Of a stretch of 64,000 bases of DNA, positions 23,725-35,285 are shown piece after piece (position 1 is the first letter of the stretch; every line of letters begins with the position of its first letter). The DNA is taken from positions 62,001-126,000 of the forward strand of contig NW_027191463.1 of assembly GCF_011745625.1 (NCBI RefSeq), in the 5' to 3' direction. Origin of the DNA: Cladosporium halotolerans. Its lineage: Eukaryota. The notes below the pieces were generated by a model. The model did no database searches. It was not told the origin of the DNA and saw only the letters and a list, made by a program, of their open reading frames with translations. A program made the translations under genes and the position numbers.

Positions 23725-24870
23725 TTACGAATGGCCAATGATCGCCTTCGGAGCGTACGGTTCTTCGAGATATTTCTCTTCTTCCTCGGTCAATGTCTTC
23801 CCACGAGCCTCCAGCGCCTCGTCCATCCGCTCGACGCTCGAAAATCCAATAATCGGCGAGCTGGTTCTCTTGTTGATCCATGCCAGTGCCACATGGCTCA
23901 TCTTCCACCCCTTCTTATCCGCTAGCTCCTGCACCCTCTTCACAATCTCCTGGTCAGCCTGGCTCAACTCTCCGCTATTCTTCTTCTCTCCCTCGCTCCT
24001 CAGCGTGCTGCCAAACACCTCCAGCGGTCTCGCCAAATGTCCTCGACTCAGTGGCGCCCAAGGAATCAGTCCCACGCCCGTCGCGACGCAGAAGGCGTTC
24101 ATCTCCCGCTCCTCCTCGCGATACAGCAAGTTGTAGTGGTTCTGCATGCTGACGAACTTGGTCCATCCATTCTTCTCAGCGCAGTGCTGCATCAGCGAGA
24201 ATTGCCACGCCCACATGCTGCTCGCGCCGATGTAGTGCACTTTGCCTGCGCGAACGAGGTCGTGCAGAGCCTGCATCGTCTCTTCGATCGGCGTGTGCGG
24301 GTCAAAGCGGTGGATCTGTAGCAAGTCGAGGTACTCGAGCTGCAGGCGGGCGAGGGAGGCATTGACGGCTTCGAAGATGGCGGTGCGGGAGAGGCCTGGG
24401 AGTCATTTGGGTCAACAGGGACTTCTTCATGCGTGATATATGGTCTGTGACTTACCACCGCGGTTCACGTAGTCTTTCGACTCGGCAATTTTCTGCCCGT
24501 ACATGATGCCACGGACGCTGGGATCCTCGCCAACATAGCCGTAGCACTTGCTCAAGATGACAATCTTATTGCGCGGGATCTGGTACTTCTTGATCGCCTT
24601 GCCGATGATCTCCTCGCTCACGCCGTTGCTGTACACGTTCGCTGTGTCCCATGTGTTCAGGCCGCGATCGTAGGCTGCCTTCAGAAGAGGCAGTGCTTTA
24701 TCCTCTTCGATTACCCATGGTTGCCACGACGCGTCGCCGAAGGACATGGCGCCGAAGATGGGCACCGAGACCCGTAGGCCGCTCTTGCCTAGGCGTTTGT
24801 AGCTCGCTTTCGTCTCTGCGATAGAGCGAAGGACGGGGTCTTGCGCCGTGGAGCCATTAGGGGCAGACAT
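23725..24870 (-). CDS. Aldo-keto reductase (aryl-alcohol dehydrogenase/YajO-like)
   Basis: [49 protein letters not shown]; intron 24396-24455. Confidence 0.93.
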
Positions 24871-25412
24871 CTTGATCGGCTACTTTGGGCTAATATTTGT
24901 GGAGAGAAACGCAGATAGTGATACCGATTTAGAGGAGGTCACACCTACGCCTGTCTGTGGGGATCAAATGGCCTTTTATATTACGAGGACTACACATTAC
25001 GGCGGCACGGCATGCCGTGATGTTGTTTTGCTTGACGATCCGATTGCGTATGAGGGGCCATGATGAGGGGTTAAGCCCTTTAACGCCGGGGAATGGCTTG
25101 CCTATTCGGATTTTAGGCTATAGCCATGTTTCCACCACTTGCACGCAAGCCAGTCTATCAGTATCTTGCTTTCAAATCTTTCAAATCTTTCGTGATAGCC
25201 GTTTCAGGACACTGCTCGTCGAGTGGTTGCCATCACCGAGCTGGACGATAAGCACCACCACTCGCAAACAGGGGTAAGAAATTCCCATTTGGTGGGAAAG
25301 AAAAAGCTTTCATGTCGTTTGTAGAACAGCAAATGATTTTCGTGAGATTCTTAATCTAGCATAATAGAGATTACAGCGTCTTGAGGGCGTGAACTGATGA
25401 CATGACCAGCCA

Positions 25413-26339
25413 TCACTCCTCGCTCTTGACCCAAGCATCAAGCCACCTTACCGCCTGGAAGTAGGCGCCCTCCTGCGCAAAGGCCTTCTGCTTGACAGTG
25501 AGGTTGGTCCGGACGGCAAAGCCATGCTCAGCGTTGGAGTAGAGAGTCGTCTGGTAAGTCTTGTTGCCCTCGAAGAAGATTTCTTCGATGTTCGTGCGGT
25601 TCTCAGGCGTGCTGCTCTCGTCGAGATCGCCGAAGGCAATGCTAATGGGCGCTGCGATGGCCTCCCACTCCGCTGCTTGGGTGTTGGAAGGATGGGCGGC
25701 GAACCCGGCTTTGATGGCCTTTCCCGCTGCAAGGTACCTCGCGACGTAGCGTCCGCCGAAGCAGTAGCCGACCGAGCCGATCCTTGAGGTGTTGTACGTG
25801 GTCTGGATGGCGTTGATCGTCGTGTCCAGAATGGACTCAATCTCGGCCATGGGGTGGCGCTTTTGCCAGTCTGGAAGGCTGTAGTTCGAGGCAGGGTCTG
25901 AGAGGGCGTCTGCTGGAACAGGGTCGCCGCGAAAGAGGTCAGGCATCACGACCAAATAGCCGGCTTTGGCGATGCTATCTGCCAGACTGAAACGTATGGT
26001 ATGAGTGTGAGTCTGTACGAGCGTGGGATTGTAAGTTACTAACAGCTTGTTGTTGATCAATGCATTGCCAAAGATGTCTGTCATGTACAGTACGGCTGCC
26101 TTTGCGTGGTGACCTGGTGGGTATGAAACGTAGCCAGTCTCTGAAAGGCAGTGTTAATAACAGCACCATTGTCTGCACAATCCAGAGAGCGTACCATTGC
26201 CAAGGGAAACATCCTGTCCGGCCGCAGTGCCGTTGTTGAAGACAGCACCAGCGTGCTCAGCCTTCAGGCTGAGTCCATTGACAGCCCTGCAGCTGCTTGC
26301 AAGAAGCGTCACTGCCGTCCACGTGAATTGAAGTCTCAT
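25413..26339 (-). CDS. Dienelactone hydrolase family protein with predicted signal peptide
   Basis: TDIFG, PDLFRGD, nucleophile GYCFG, AHPS, HGFAVR. Exon 1 encodes MRLQFTWTAVTLLASSCRA; two short introns. Confidence 0.88.
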
Positions 26340-27206
26340 GTCGCGATAGATTGACTTGTGTATAGGGAGAAATCGTCAATGGAATGAATAGAGGTGTCGC
26401 TGGGATCCAAGAAGTCTGGAGGTAGCGGCGATCTCTGGGTATACATGCTCGTCCGGACTTTATCTCTGGGCACCTCCGGGATCTGCAGTCGATGTTTCAT
26501 GCCAAGTAGACAGATGCAGGACTAGACTGTGCGGAACCGTAGGTGGCGCCCATCCTTGCACGTGGGTTGCGGTTCTTCCTGCTTCACCTTTACTTCCTCA
26601 CCATCCAGGTCTGCAGTCAGACACTTTAGACCTGGCCCGACACCGCCGCCCTTCGTCTTGGCTGCATGTCGATCGGGAAGAGTTCAGCCATGTGGCGCGC
26701 GGCAGAGGAAGAGAACTTCTAGAATCGATAAGGCACAGATGCCGCATTGCGATGGAGGTGCTTCCCAGACCAGTCGCATATACGAAGGCAGGCAGTGGCG
26801 TGTCAGCACAAGGCGCCAGACCTCGGAGCATTGCTGCTGTTGATTTGGGACGTTGATCGCCCTAATCAAGCTGATACAATACCTCAAGATTTCGTGACGT
26901 ACAAGACGACGGCATCGGCAGATGGTGCCTTGCTCCATTCCGTGCCCTGATCAGCAGAGATCGGCGCGGAGAAAAGTACCGCGCCTCTCGCGATTTTACA
27001 AATGATGGAAGTGCCACTTGAGATCGACTTGATTTGGTCAAGGTCGGGTGCAGCACCAATTTATCTTTTGTTATAATATTACCTAGCTGTCTTTTTTCGC
27101 TTCATGGGTTGAGAGCAAATAGGGTGGTGGTGGAAGGGCGTGATATAACATGATTGTGAATTTAATTGCAGCGATTGACATCATCGAACGTCCAGTTCAA
27201 CCCACG

Positions 27207-27334
27207 AGCTGAGTGGCGCAGCGGAAGCGTAAGTTATTACTCCCGCAGTATAGTGTCATCTCTACACATTCTAACATCTCTCAGGCGCCGGGCTCATAAC
27301 CCGGAGGGCAATGGATCGAAACCATTCTCAGCTA
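27207..27334 (+). tRNA. Initiator tRNA-Met (CAT) split by a 56-nt GT-AG intron in the D-stem (exons 27207-27228 and 27285-27334)
   Basis: The joined exons give 72 nt: AGCTGAGTGGCGCAGCGGAAGC|GCGCCGGGCTCATAACCCGGAGGGCAATGGATCGAAACCATTCTCAGCTA. Acceptor stem AGCTGAG/CTCAGCT (A1-U72), D-stem GCGC/GCGC, anticodon arm CCGGG-CTCATAA-CCCGG, T-arm AATGG-ATCGAAA-CCATT (A54, A60). Confidence 0.93.
27229..27284 (+). other. Spliceosomal-type intron within tRNA-iMet
   Basis: 5' GTAAGT, branch site TTCTAAC (CTAAC at 27271-27275), 3' TCTCTCAG. Its size and signals match the mRNA introns in this window. Confidence 0.88.
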
Positions 27335-27335
27335 C

Positions 27336-27346
27336 TTTTTTTTTTT
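27336..27346 (+). terminator. RNA polymerase III oligo-T terminator (T11)
   Basis: Run of 11 T starting 2 nt after the tRNA discriminator A. Confidence 0.85.
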
Positions 27347-27682
27347 CTTTTGCCCTTCCAGTCTTAACCAGGAAAGGGCAGGACGTCTTGAAATTGTTCC
27401 CCATTTTTGCCTGCAAATTCGACAGAAAGGAACCATCCCGATTCAACCGTGACTGTCGAATGCACCTTACAACCGTGCCAGGCTCTGCACACGTTTGTTC
27501 CACTAACTCGACTATCTCCTGAGGCTTGACCAAGCTCCTCTGCACGTACACATGGACGACACGGAAACATGATTTTGAGAATCCCAACATCAAGTTTCCA
27601 ATCCGACGTTGGCTACAGTATTTCTCGAGGGACTAACGGTTAAAATGAGAGTGAGAGTAGAAAGTGCAATTGAACTCGCATT

Positions 27683-29040
27683 CTACTCATACGTGTAGCA
27701 GAACAGCTCGCCCTCAGTGTTCAAAGCCTCGCGCAAGGTTATCGGCGGCGCGATGGCTCCGAGATCGATCTGGAAGTCGAGAGTCACATTCTCGCCGCCA
27801 AAGTCGAGGTAGTGCACTGGACCGCCAATGTCGGTAAGCCTATTTTCGAGATCCTTTTGCTGCCACTTCCAGAAAACGTAATCAATCATTGTGTGGTGCA
27901 TGTAGAAGAGAGGTTCTGGGAGAAGTTAGCAAGCTTTCTACAACAACTGGACCAATCGATATACTCACCACCGGGGCTGTTGGCAGCGTCTCCAGCCTGG
28001 CCGAGCATGCCGCCGACGCCAAAGTGGCCACCTGCGTGGATCGCCGGGATAGCGAAAGATGGTCCACCCTCAAGCTGGCGAGCGAACTTGGTGTAGTTAG
28101 GCTGGTCGAGGACCAATTGCACCTGCTTGGGATCCGCATCCTCGTGCAGGACAGCTTGATCTTTAGTCAGCACAATCCTCTTGGAATCACGCATTGTTGC
28201 GAGACACGTACCTGGAAGGAAGTCACGGCGAAGGCAGGATGAGCCATTCTTCTCACCAATGTTCACATGGAAGTTGGGCACCGTAAACGGACCATCTTGG
28301 ACGCATCCACCTCCCGAGCGGCCCCAAGCCCTGAACGGACCCTCCACCTCTTCTGGCAGCTCGACGTACTTGCCATTGCCACCGAAACCCACAGTCGGAG
28401 AGAAGACATCAGTGTCATAGATGGCAACGGACAGGTTGTTGTTGGGCTGTGCATCGAGAGACCAGTTCCAGTATCTATGAGCTGTCAGCATCTGTATCAA
28501 CAGAACCAGACCGGAGCTGACTTACGGCTGGCTGCCCTTGTATCCACAAACGTCCCGGAGAGTCCTCTCGTACTCGTGCATCATGTAACGATGCCATGAC
28601 GCAAAGTGGCCAACGAAATGAATGTTTGGAGTTTGAAGGTTGTGCACCGCGTGGAAGTCATCGTAACGATTGATCGGGTTAAGATCACTGTTGTTGGCAA
28701 ACTGCTCTTTCGTGATGGCCGGTTGGTGTTGGAGACAGAGAACTGCGTCGATGTAGTCCTTCTTCTCAACATCGGTCAAGGCTCGCCTGGGTGTCAAGTG
28801 TCAGTGTTTCTCCTCGCCTGACAATACCTTGGATGCTACGCACCATTCCTTCCTGACGCGAGGGTTCTCGCAGGCTCCAGTACCTTTTGGGGGAGGGTAC
28901 GGAGTTGGTGCCTCGGACTCACAAGGCTCGCTTTCTTCCTGCGGAGACCTAGACAGCAGCGAGTTGGACGCTCCAGCAGGAGCCGCAATGATGTTGCAGG
29001 CCGAAGTCAGGACGACCGCTGCAGTAACGAATGAGTGCAT
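27683..29040 (-). CDS. Secreted short tyrosinase/polyphenol oxidase (type-3 copper)
   Basis: Signal peptide; RKEWRAL; CuA RYDDFHAVH..IH..F..WHR; PYWNW; CuB IHAGGH..SPGEPLFYMHH. Four introns; ends LFCYTYE with no C-terminal shielding domain. Confidence 0.92.
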
Positions 29041-30530
29041 AGCGAATGTTGTGGCTTGCCAGATTGCTGTTGGTGGAGATGGACTTCTCTGATCGTCGAA
29101 GGGACTTCGAACGATATTTATAAAAACAATGCTATGGCATCTCTAAAGTGGCCCATGGACGGGGCAATTGCCACGGACATTCTACATCGGCAGTGCTCCG
29201 ACGGCAGAAGGACTACTCTAGAGGACATGGGTGTATGCCGCCTGCTACTCTACCAGGATTTTCAAATAGCATCGCAATAGATTGGCTCTAGCAAGGAAGA
29301 GGCCGGATCTTGGACAAGGGAGGATGAAGCGAAGGATGATTTAAAGTAGGTTTGTTTATTTTGTGCCGTCCTTCAGGCCTCGGCCGATTGGCCGAGCGGG
29401 CTGCGCCCCCGCCTCGCAACGCTTCCGAGCTGCAGGTCAGCGGCGTTCAGGGACCGTCTCTTCAACCTCGACGTGACCAGGGATCTATACCCACTTAGAT
29501 GGAAGAATTGCATCCGTTGACAAGCACGCAGGCCATCTGGCCCAGTATTTGCGGCGTAGACGAACTCTTGCCAAGCATTAGGATCGTTGTTTCGGCGCGA
29601 GTCGAGGGGGTCACAGAAACTTGCCATTCTTGTGTTGGTTCCTACTCGGAGCGAAACCACCGCTTGTCCATGAATTTGTAGGGCAGAGGCTCTCAGGGCA
29701 GAAAGCCAGGCTTGAGAGTCAAACGTCGAAGGTAGCAGTCTGCTGTGCTTTCTATGACCGGAGAATAAATCGGCTCTCTGAACGGGTGGAAGATCACTTT
29801 CTGAGACTCTTCCTGAGTCGGGCCTCGTGGATCGCTTCGGCCTCTTCCGATCATGCTTCCCATGGATTCGAGAATAATACATCCACAAGAAGATGCCTGA
29901 ACCGAATTATTACTTTCGGCAACGCTAGCTTTGGACAGGGACAATTCAGCCGGATCAGGCTTGCCTCTCTGCCATTGGGGAAAGCACGGCATCGACATGG
30001 ATCTGTTACCAATGAGATCCTTCATTACTCTGCCTGGTTTGCCACAAGTTGACCTTGATACCCAAGTGCAAGGATGAGAGCGTCTAGGTCTCCGGTACAC
30101 TAGACCCTTGTTGCTTACTTGCTGTGGTTACATTCACTACAGTATATGCAAGTACAAGTTGCGAAGCTTTGAAATCTGGGTAGGTGGGATTTATGGCACT
30201 TCAAAATTGTTTGCCATCCGAAATCCTTTCCTACCCGTAGTGCCTGATGATGCTGGATGAATTGTGTATATCTCTCACTTACTAGGCCGATTCCTGCGAT
30301 CAAGCATGCTGCATATTGCGGCGTTGAGACACGGGGCACTTCCCTGTTAGACCCTCAGTCGCTGATTACAGAAAGACTTGGCTGCTGTCTTCGGGATCCT
30401 CAGTCGCGCAGGTTCGGCATCGACCAATGTCCAGCGTTACCACGATGATTCGTATGCTCCAGGTGGCTCCTGACTACCTCCAATATCTTTGTGCATCTCT
30501 TTCTGACCGCTTCATCGCGCAACTTTCTAC

Positions 30531-32021
30531 ATGGAGACCTATCCAAATATCTCGTACGCTACGATACCAGGTCCGCCATTCGTCAACAGGGTGCTGACAA
30601 CAAGCCAATAATAGAACAGGCAATGGATCCAAACAGCCTATATTTCTTGCGGTCACTGGCGCTTTGCTCCTTACTTCATCGTGTATAGTGTCTGCGAGGT
30701 TCGGAGCCCCATTCACTTGGTGTTCCCACCCAGAGCGATTAACCATTGTCGCAGATACTACTGTCGGACAGTCTATGCGAAACAGCTCGGACTCGATGAC
30801 TACTTCATCGCCATCGCGCTGATTGTGGTCATTGCTCTTGGAATATTTAATGGATTTCAGATCAGTTGGGGAGCAGGGTTTGCACGCCTTCAGATGTACA
30901 AAGGAACGCTGACTTTCTGACTTGATGGCAGGAGAAGACGAGACCCAGGGGATTACCCGATGACTGCGTATATTCACACCCTGATTTATTGGTATGCTTA
31001 TCAGATCTTCTACCCTTTGTCTCTGGCGATCACGAAATGCTCGTTCCTGGCGCTCTACCGGCGGGTATTTCCTCCTCCTAACATGGTATGCAGTTGCAAG
31101 CTTTTACGTGCATGTCTCCTTGGTCTAGCTGAATTCGCTGCCAGAATCGGGTGTTCTTTTGGGCTACAGCCGCACTCATCGTGGTCTACACTATGATTAT
31201 CATGTTCGTGAATGTATACGAAATCCATCCCCGACAATGCAAGGCTGCTGCTGACGTGGCCAGGCTTTTGAGTGCGCCAATCCTTCAGATGCATGGGCTC
31301 CCACGTTCCCTTCGCCCAACTGTAATGATCTGAAAGGGTCGTATTACTCCATGGCGGGCATCAACATCTTCACAGACTTGCTGGTGTTGATCTTACCAAT
31401 AAAGCCAGCAATGCAACTAAACGCCAGCCGTCGGAAGAGATGTCAGGCTACCTCACTCTGTCGTAAGATACCAAGTATACTGAATAATACTGACAGCTAT
31501 CAGATGCTGTCATTGGTATTTTCATGATCGGAGGCTTCGCTGTGATAGCCTCTGTGATCCGAATCCATGCTCTCTGGGCGTACTTCAATTCCGAGAATCC
31601 GGGTTATGATGCCATTGGCGTAAGTCTGACCGCTCAGTCTTGTGGACCAATACATACTGACCGTGATCAGGTACTGCTTTGGGGCCAAATCGAGATCAAC
31701 GTGGGAATCATCTGCGCCTCGATCGCGTCTTTGCGCCCACTCTTCAAATCCGCATTCTCCGGCTCGCAGTCCCGTTCCAAGTCCAGCGGTCTTCAATACC
31801 ATGCCGGTCAGCATTATGCTCTGGGCTCTCGGCAATACGGCGAGGGGATTGATCTGGCGACGGGAGATTCCAAGACGCGTGTGAACACGAAGATCGAGGC
31901 GGAGCTGCGGGACATGGATAACGATAGCCAGGAGCTGATATTGGACAAAGAAGAAGGGATAATGCGGACAATTGAAACGCAGATCACATCGGAGCAAGTA
32001 CAAGCGAGGGGCTCTCACTGA
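30531..32021 (+). CDS. PTH11-like / fungal rhodopsin-domain integral membrane protein (no CFEM)
   Basis: Spliced product METYPNISYATIPGNGSKQPIF..SARYYCR..LGLDDYFI, TKCSFLALYRRVF, INIFTDLLVLILPI, WGQIEINVGIICAS..LRPLF; about six short introns. Confidence 0.85.
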
Positions 32022-33292
32022 AGAATGTCGAGGCGGTAGGTGTTCAGGCTGTTCGATACTCTCAGCGCTTCCCCAGAGGTTCATTGGGTTGAGGCTCTTC
32101 GGGGAAAAAAGGCTCTACAGGTCTGTCGCGGAGGATAGTACGCCAAGACAATTCAAAAGAACAGAGAATATAAGGATCGATATTGGGTTGTCTGAAGCCC
32201 ATCATAGAGGTTGCCGGCTTGGATGCAGGTAAATTGTACCATCGGTCTCATCCACACGGTAACAAGCATGCACAAGCTCGCTACGGTCGACGCAAGGCGC
32301 TTTTCAGCAGTCCGTTAGGGTGATATGCGCCACCCACTCAACTTCTATTTTGAACGGCTGCACAAAATACCATCGTTTGGAAAGCCACGTCTGCATCACG
32401 GAAGCCTCACCCGATATTGTCTGACTAGCGCAGAAATACAGTATAGATGCATAGTGCTCCTGTAGATCGAACTCTGTCAAACTCTCTATTGATTAAAAAT
32501 GGAGACAAACCTGGTTGTCCGATCGTTGTCCCGGTGTACTTGGGCGCTTCCTGTGCAACATAGCCCCCTGCATGTAAGACAAGAGAGGCGCTTCCGGCAC
32601 CATGGCTTTGTCGCACCAAGAGTAAGAATTGCCATGTACGATCGCCGTCTCTTCCACTCTGCCGGGAGAATGCACGCGGTCTTCGTGCGAAGATCATGAC
32701 GATCCCGCGGTTCTCATCAAGCTTCCAAGACATATACAGATTGCGAACTTCCCGATTCCATGACCCGTCATACGATCTTACACGAGTATGCAGGTGCTGT
32801 TCACTATTGAGATCTTCTTCCACCCGTTCGTCATCTCCCTTCACCGCTCTTACATCTGGGAATGGCTTGGGTAGTACACCTTCGCTTAACGACGTTTCGA
32901 CGTTTCAATGGTCAACGCGAGTCCTTGCATCGCCATGCACTGAACGCTCACTTCCATGCACCTTCTGTTTACCGCCTCCAGTACTGACGCGGTATAGTCG
33001 CCAACTTCTTGCGCTTAAGCCCGATAGAACACGCCATAGGTGCATGCATTTCTCGCTTCGCGCGTTGCGCATCCTATGTCGGCAATCTTCAGGCGATACC
33101 CATATGCAGGGCGCGTTCGGGTGCCCGCACGTTCTCTGCGCGTGTTATCGCATTGCGGTCATTGTTAAGCGACCCATGATGCGACACCGGCGAAGGAACC
33201 CTCGCTGTCGAATCTTCGAGCTCATTCGCACCTTCCTCAAGCGGGCTTTGAACATGCACCAGATGTGACGAGATCACGCAAAGAGTTGATTG

Positions 33293-34935
33293 ATGACCAT
33301 GGGAAAAACATTCTTTACCCAGTGGGAGCTATGGCAGAAGCTTGTGTTCGTGAGTACTCGCCCGCTCCAATTCCAAAACAGGTGTGCTAACGCGAGTAGA
33401 TACTCGGTTGCGGCATCGCTCTCACAATATGCCTAGGCGGCACAAAGCTAGCATACACCCATTGGCAGCTGCGAAGATTCTCGGTCGTCGCTGAGAAGGA
33501 GAGGAAAGAGCAAGCTCTACACCGAGAAATGAGCCAGAGACGACGTGGACCCGGGGTGCCCCGCGCAGACGAGGTACCTTTCGGCATCCGGGCACTCGAG
33601 CGAGGCGTCGAGGTCGAAGGTGTCTGGGTGTCTCGAGGGAACACCCCGGAGCCTTCGATCCGCCATGAAAGCTCGGCTTCGTCTATTTGGGACTTCATAC
33701 GGAAAAAGGCATCGCAGCAAGATGTTGAAAGGCAAGACCCAGAGGTGACCCCTGAGCGAGGTCGCTCGAACCCGAATCTTGCAGTCAGCATGCCGAGGCC
33801 CATAAGCCTTGTGTCTCAAAGAGCGTCACGCACAGAGGATCCCGAAAACCAACTAACTCGAGACTCGTCGCCAAGAGTTCGCTTGGACAAACCCTCGAGA
33901 AGCCAACACCCTCCACCTTCTTTCGCTAAATACAGCGGCAATCCATCTCTGCATCGATTCTCGCCGAGTGTGCAGACTTTCGAAGGCATCGAAGCTGTGT
34001 ACCGGGCGTCCACCTACCTCAACTCGGAGTCTCGACGTGGAGGAAGTAGTAGCAGCGAGTCATACACCCAATCCAGCAATGGTAGTAGCAGTAACGACTC
34101 GAACCCAATATCTTCTGCTGCACCAAAACTGCTTACCCACAAATCGAAAGCTCGACCACGCCACCATTCCGCAGATTTCGAGCTGCTCAACAGTCATCGC
34201 AGATGTCAGGCTGCCGAGATTGGCCAGTTCACCCCTCGCAAAAGGAAGCCAACATGGAGCGCAGAAGTAGTGGGCTACATGAGTGACGGTGTCCCGTCTT
34301 CGGGATCCGAAGATGCCGGATACTCTGAGCCTCGGCCGGCGCAGGCGGCAGCGGTGTCAGCGCCATCATCCCTCAAAAACGACCCTTCGCCACCAAGGAT
34401 TGCGGCACTCCCTGCAGCAGTACGGCGCTCAAGCTTACCGAATGTGACATCCTTTGCGCAGTTCTTGCAGACTGCTCCGGCACTGCCACAGTCTGCTAGC
34501 CCACAGTCGCTGGAAGAAGAGTTGCAGAGGCATCGAAAAAGAGACGTCAAGGCCCCTATAACAATGACGGCAACACCCCCCATACAAGAAACCGCATCAA
34601 GTGTGAAGCCAGAAGACGTAGTAGCTGGAGCAGTCCAACCTTCTTTCGAAAAGACACGGCGTCCCTCGCAAGTGATCCGAGGTCACGGAACGGGGTTCGA
34701 GATCTTGAAGCCAGGCTCTTTAGATCCGTTGCTGCCTGAACCGTCACCCTCGCCGTCTCCTGAGCGGAAGCACCGAGTTCCTCCAGTCAGTCTGCATAAC
34801 TATGCTCGGTCGAGGTCGAGATCCAGCAGCTTGGGAAGCACGGGCAGGAAGTTGCAAAAGAAGCGTCGGCTAAGCATTGCTTCTGAGACTAGCCTTGAAG
34901 GCAACCGGGAAAGGCGGCGTAGTGCAATAGAATGA
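33293..34935 (+). CDS. Conserved fungal single-TM protein with disordered Ser/Pro-rich tail
   Basis: Exon 1 MTMGKTFFTQWELWQKLVF, an intron (GTGAGT..GCTAAC..TAG), a TM segment, then EVPFGIRALERGVEVEGVWVSR. Confidence 0.75.
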
Positions 34936-35285
34936 TAGAATGCTAAATTGGCCTTTGACGATACATTCCCAACGATCCGATGTCACACGGATACGTACCA
35001 CAAATGTACGAGACTCGCATATTTGCCCTTCTAAATTAGGCAATCGTATCATGCCGCGGCTTCCCACGCGCAGATCGATGCCGAACCATCCACCTCAGCC
35101 GCGGCAAGACCCGTGCGCTGCGGACGACCGCCGCAAGGGAGGGCTAGACTCGTTTGGAGAGAGGTACGCAAGTGACCTGCAGGGCCTGTCGGGCGCCCTC
35201 CGAACACCTCGAGCCCTCCCCTCTTCTTCCCCAGAGTACATCACCCCATCACTAAAACTTCATTGCGCTTCATTCGCTCAGCGCA

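Noticed and set aside
27229..27284. Reading the tRNA insert as a canonical SEN-type or BHB tRNA intron
   Set aside because: It is not at 37/38, the anticodon loop is uninterrupted, and no bulge-helix-bulge is evident; the ends match spliceosomal consensus exactly.
30623..30688. Apparent frameshift at the start of the PTH11-like gene
   Set aside because: Resolved by an upstream exon (ATG at 30531) and intron 30571-30619.
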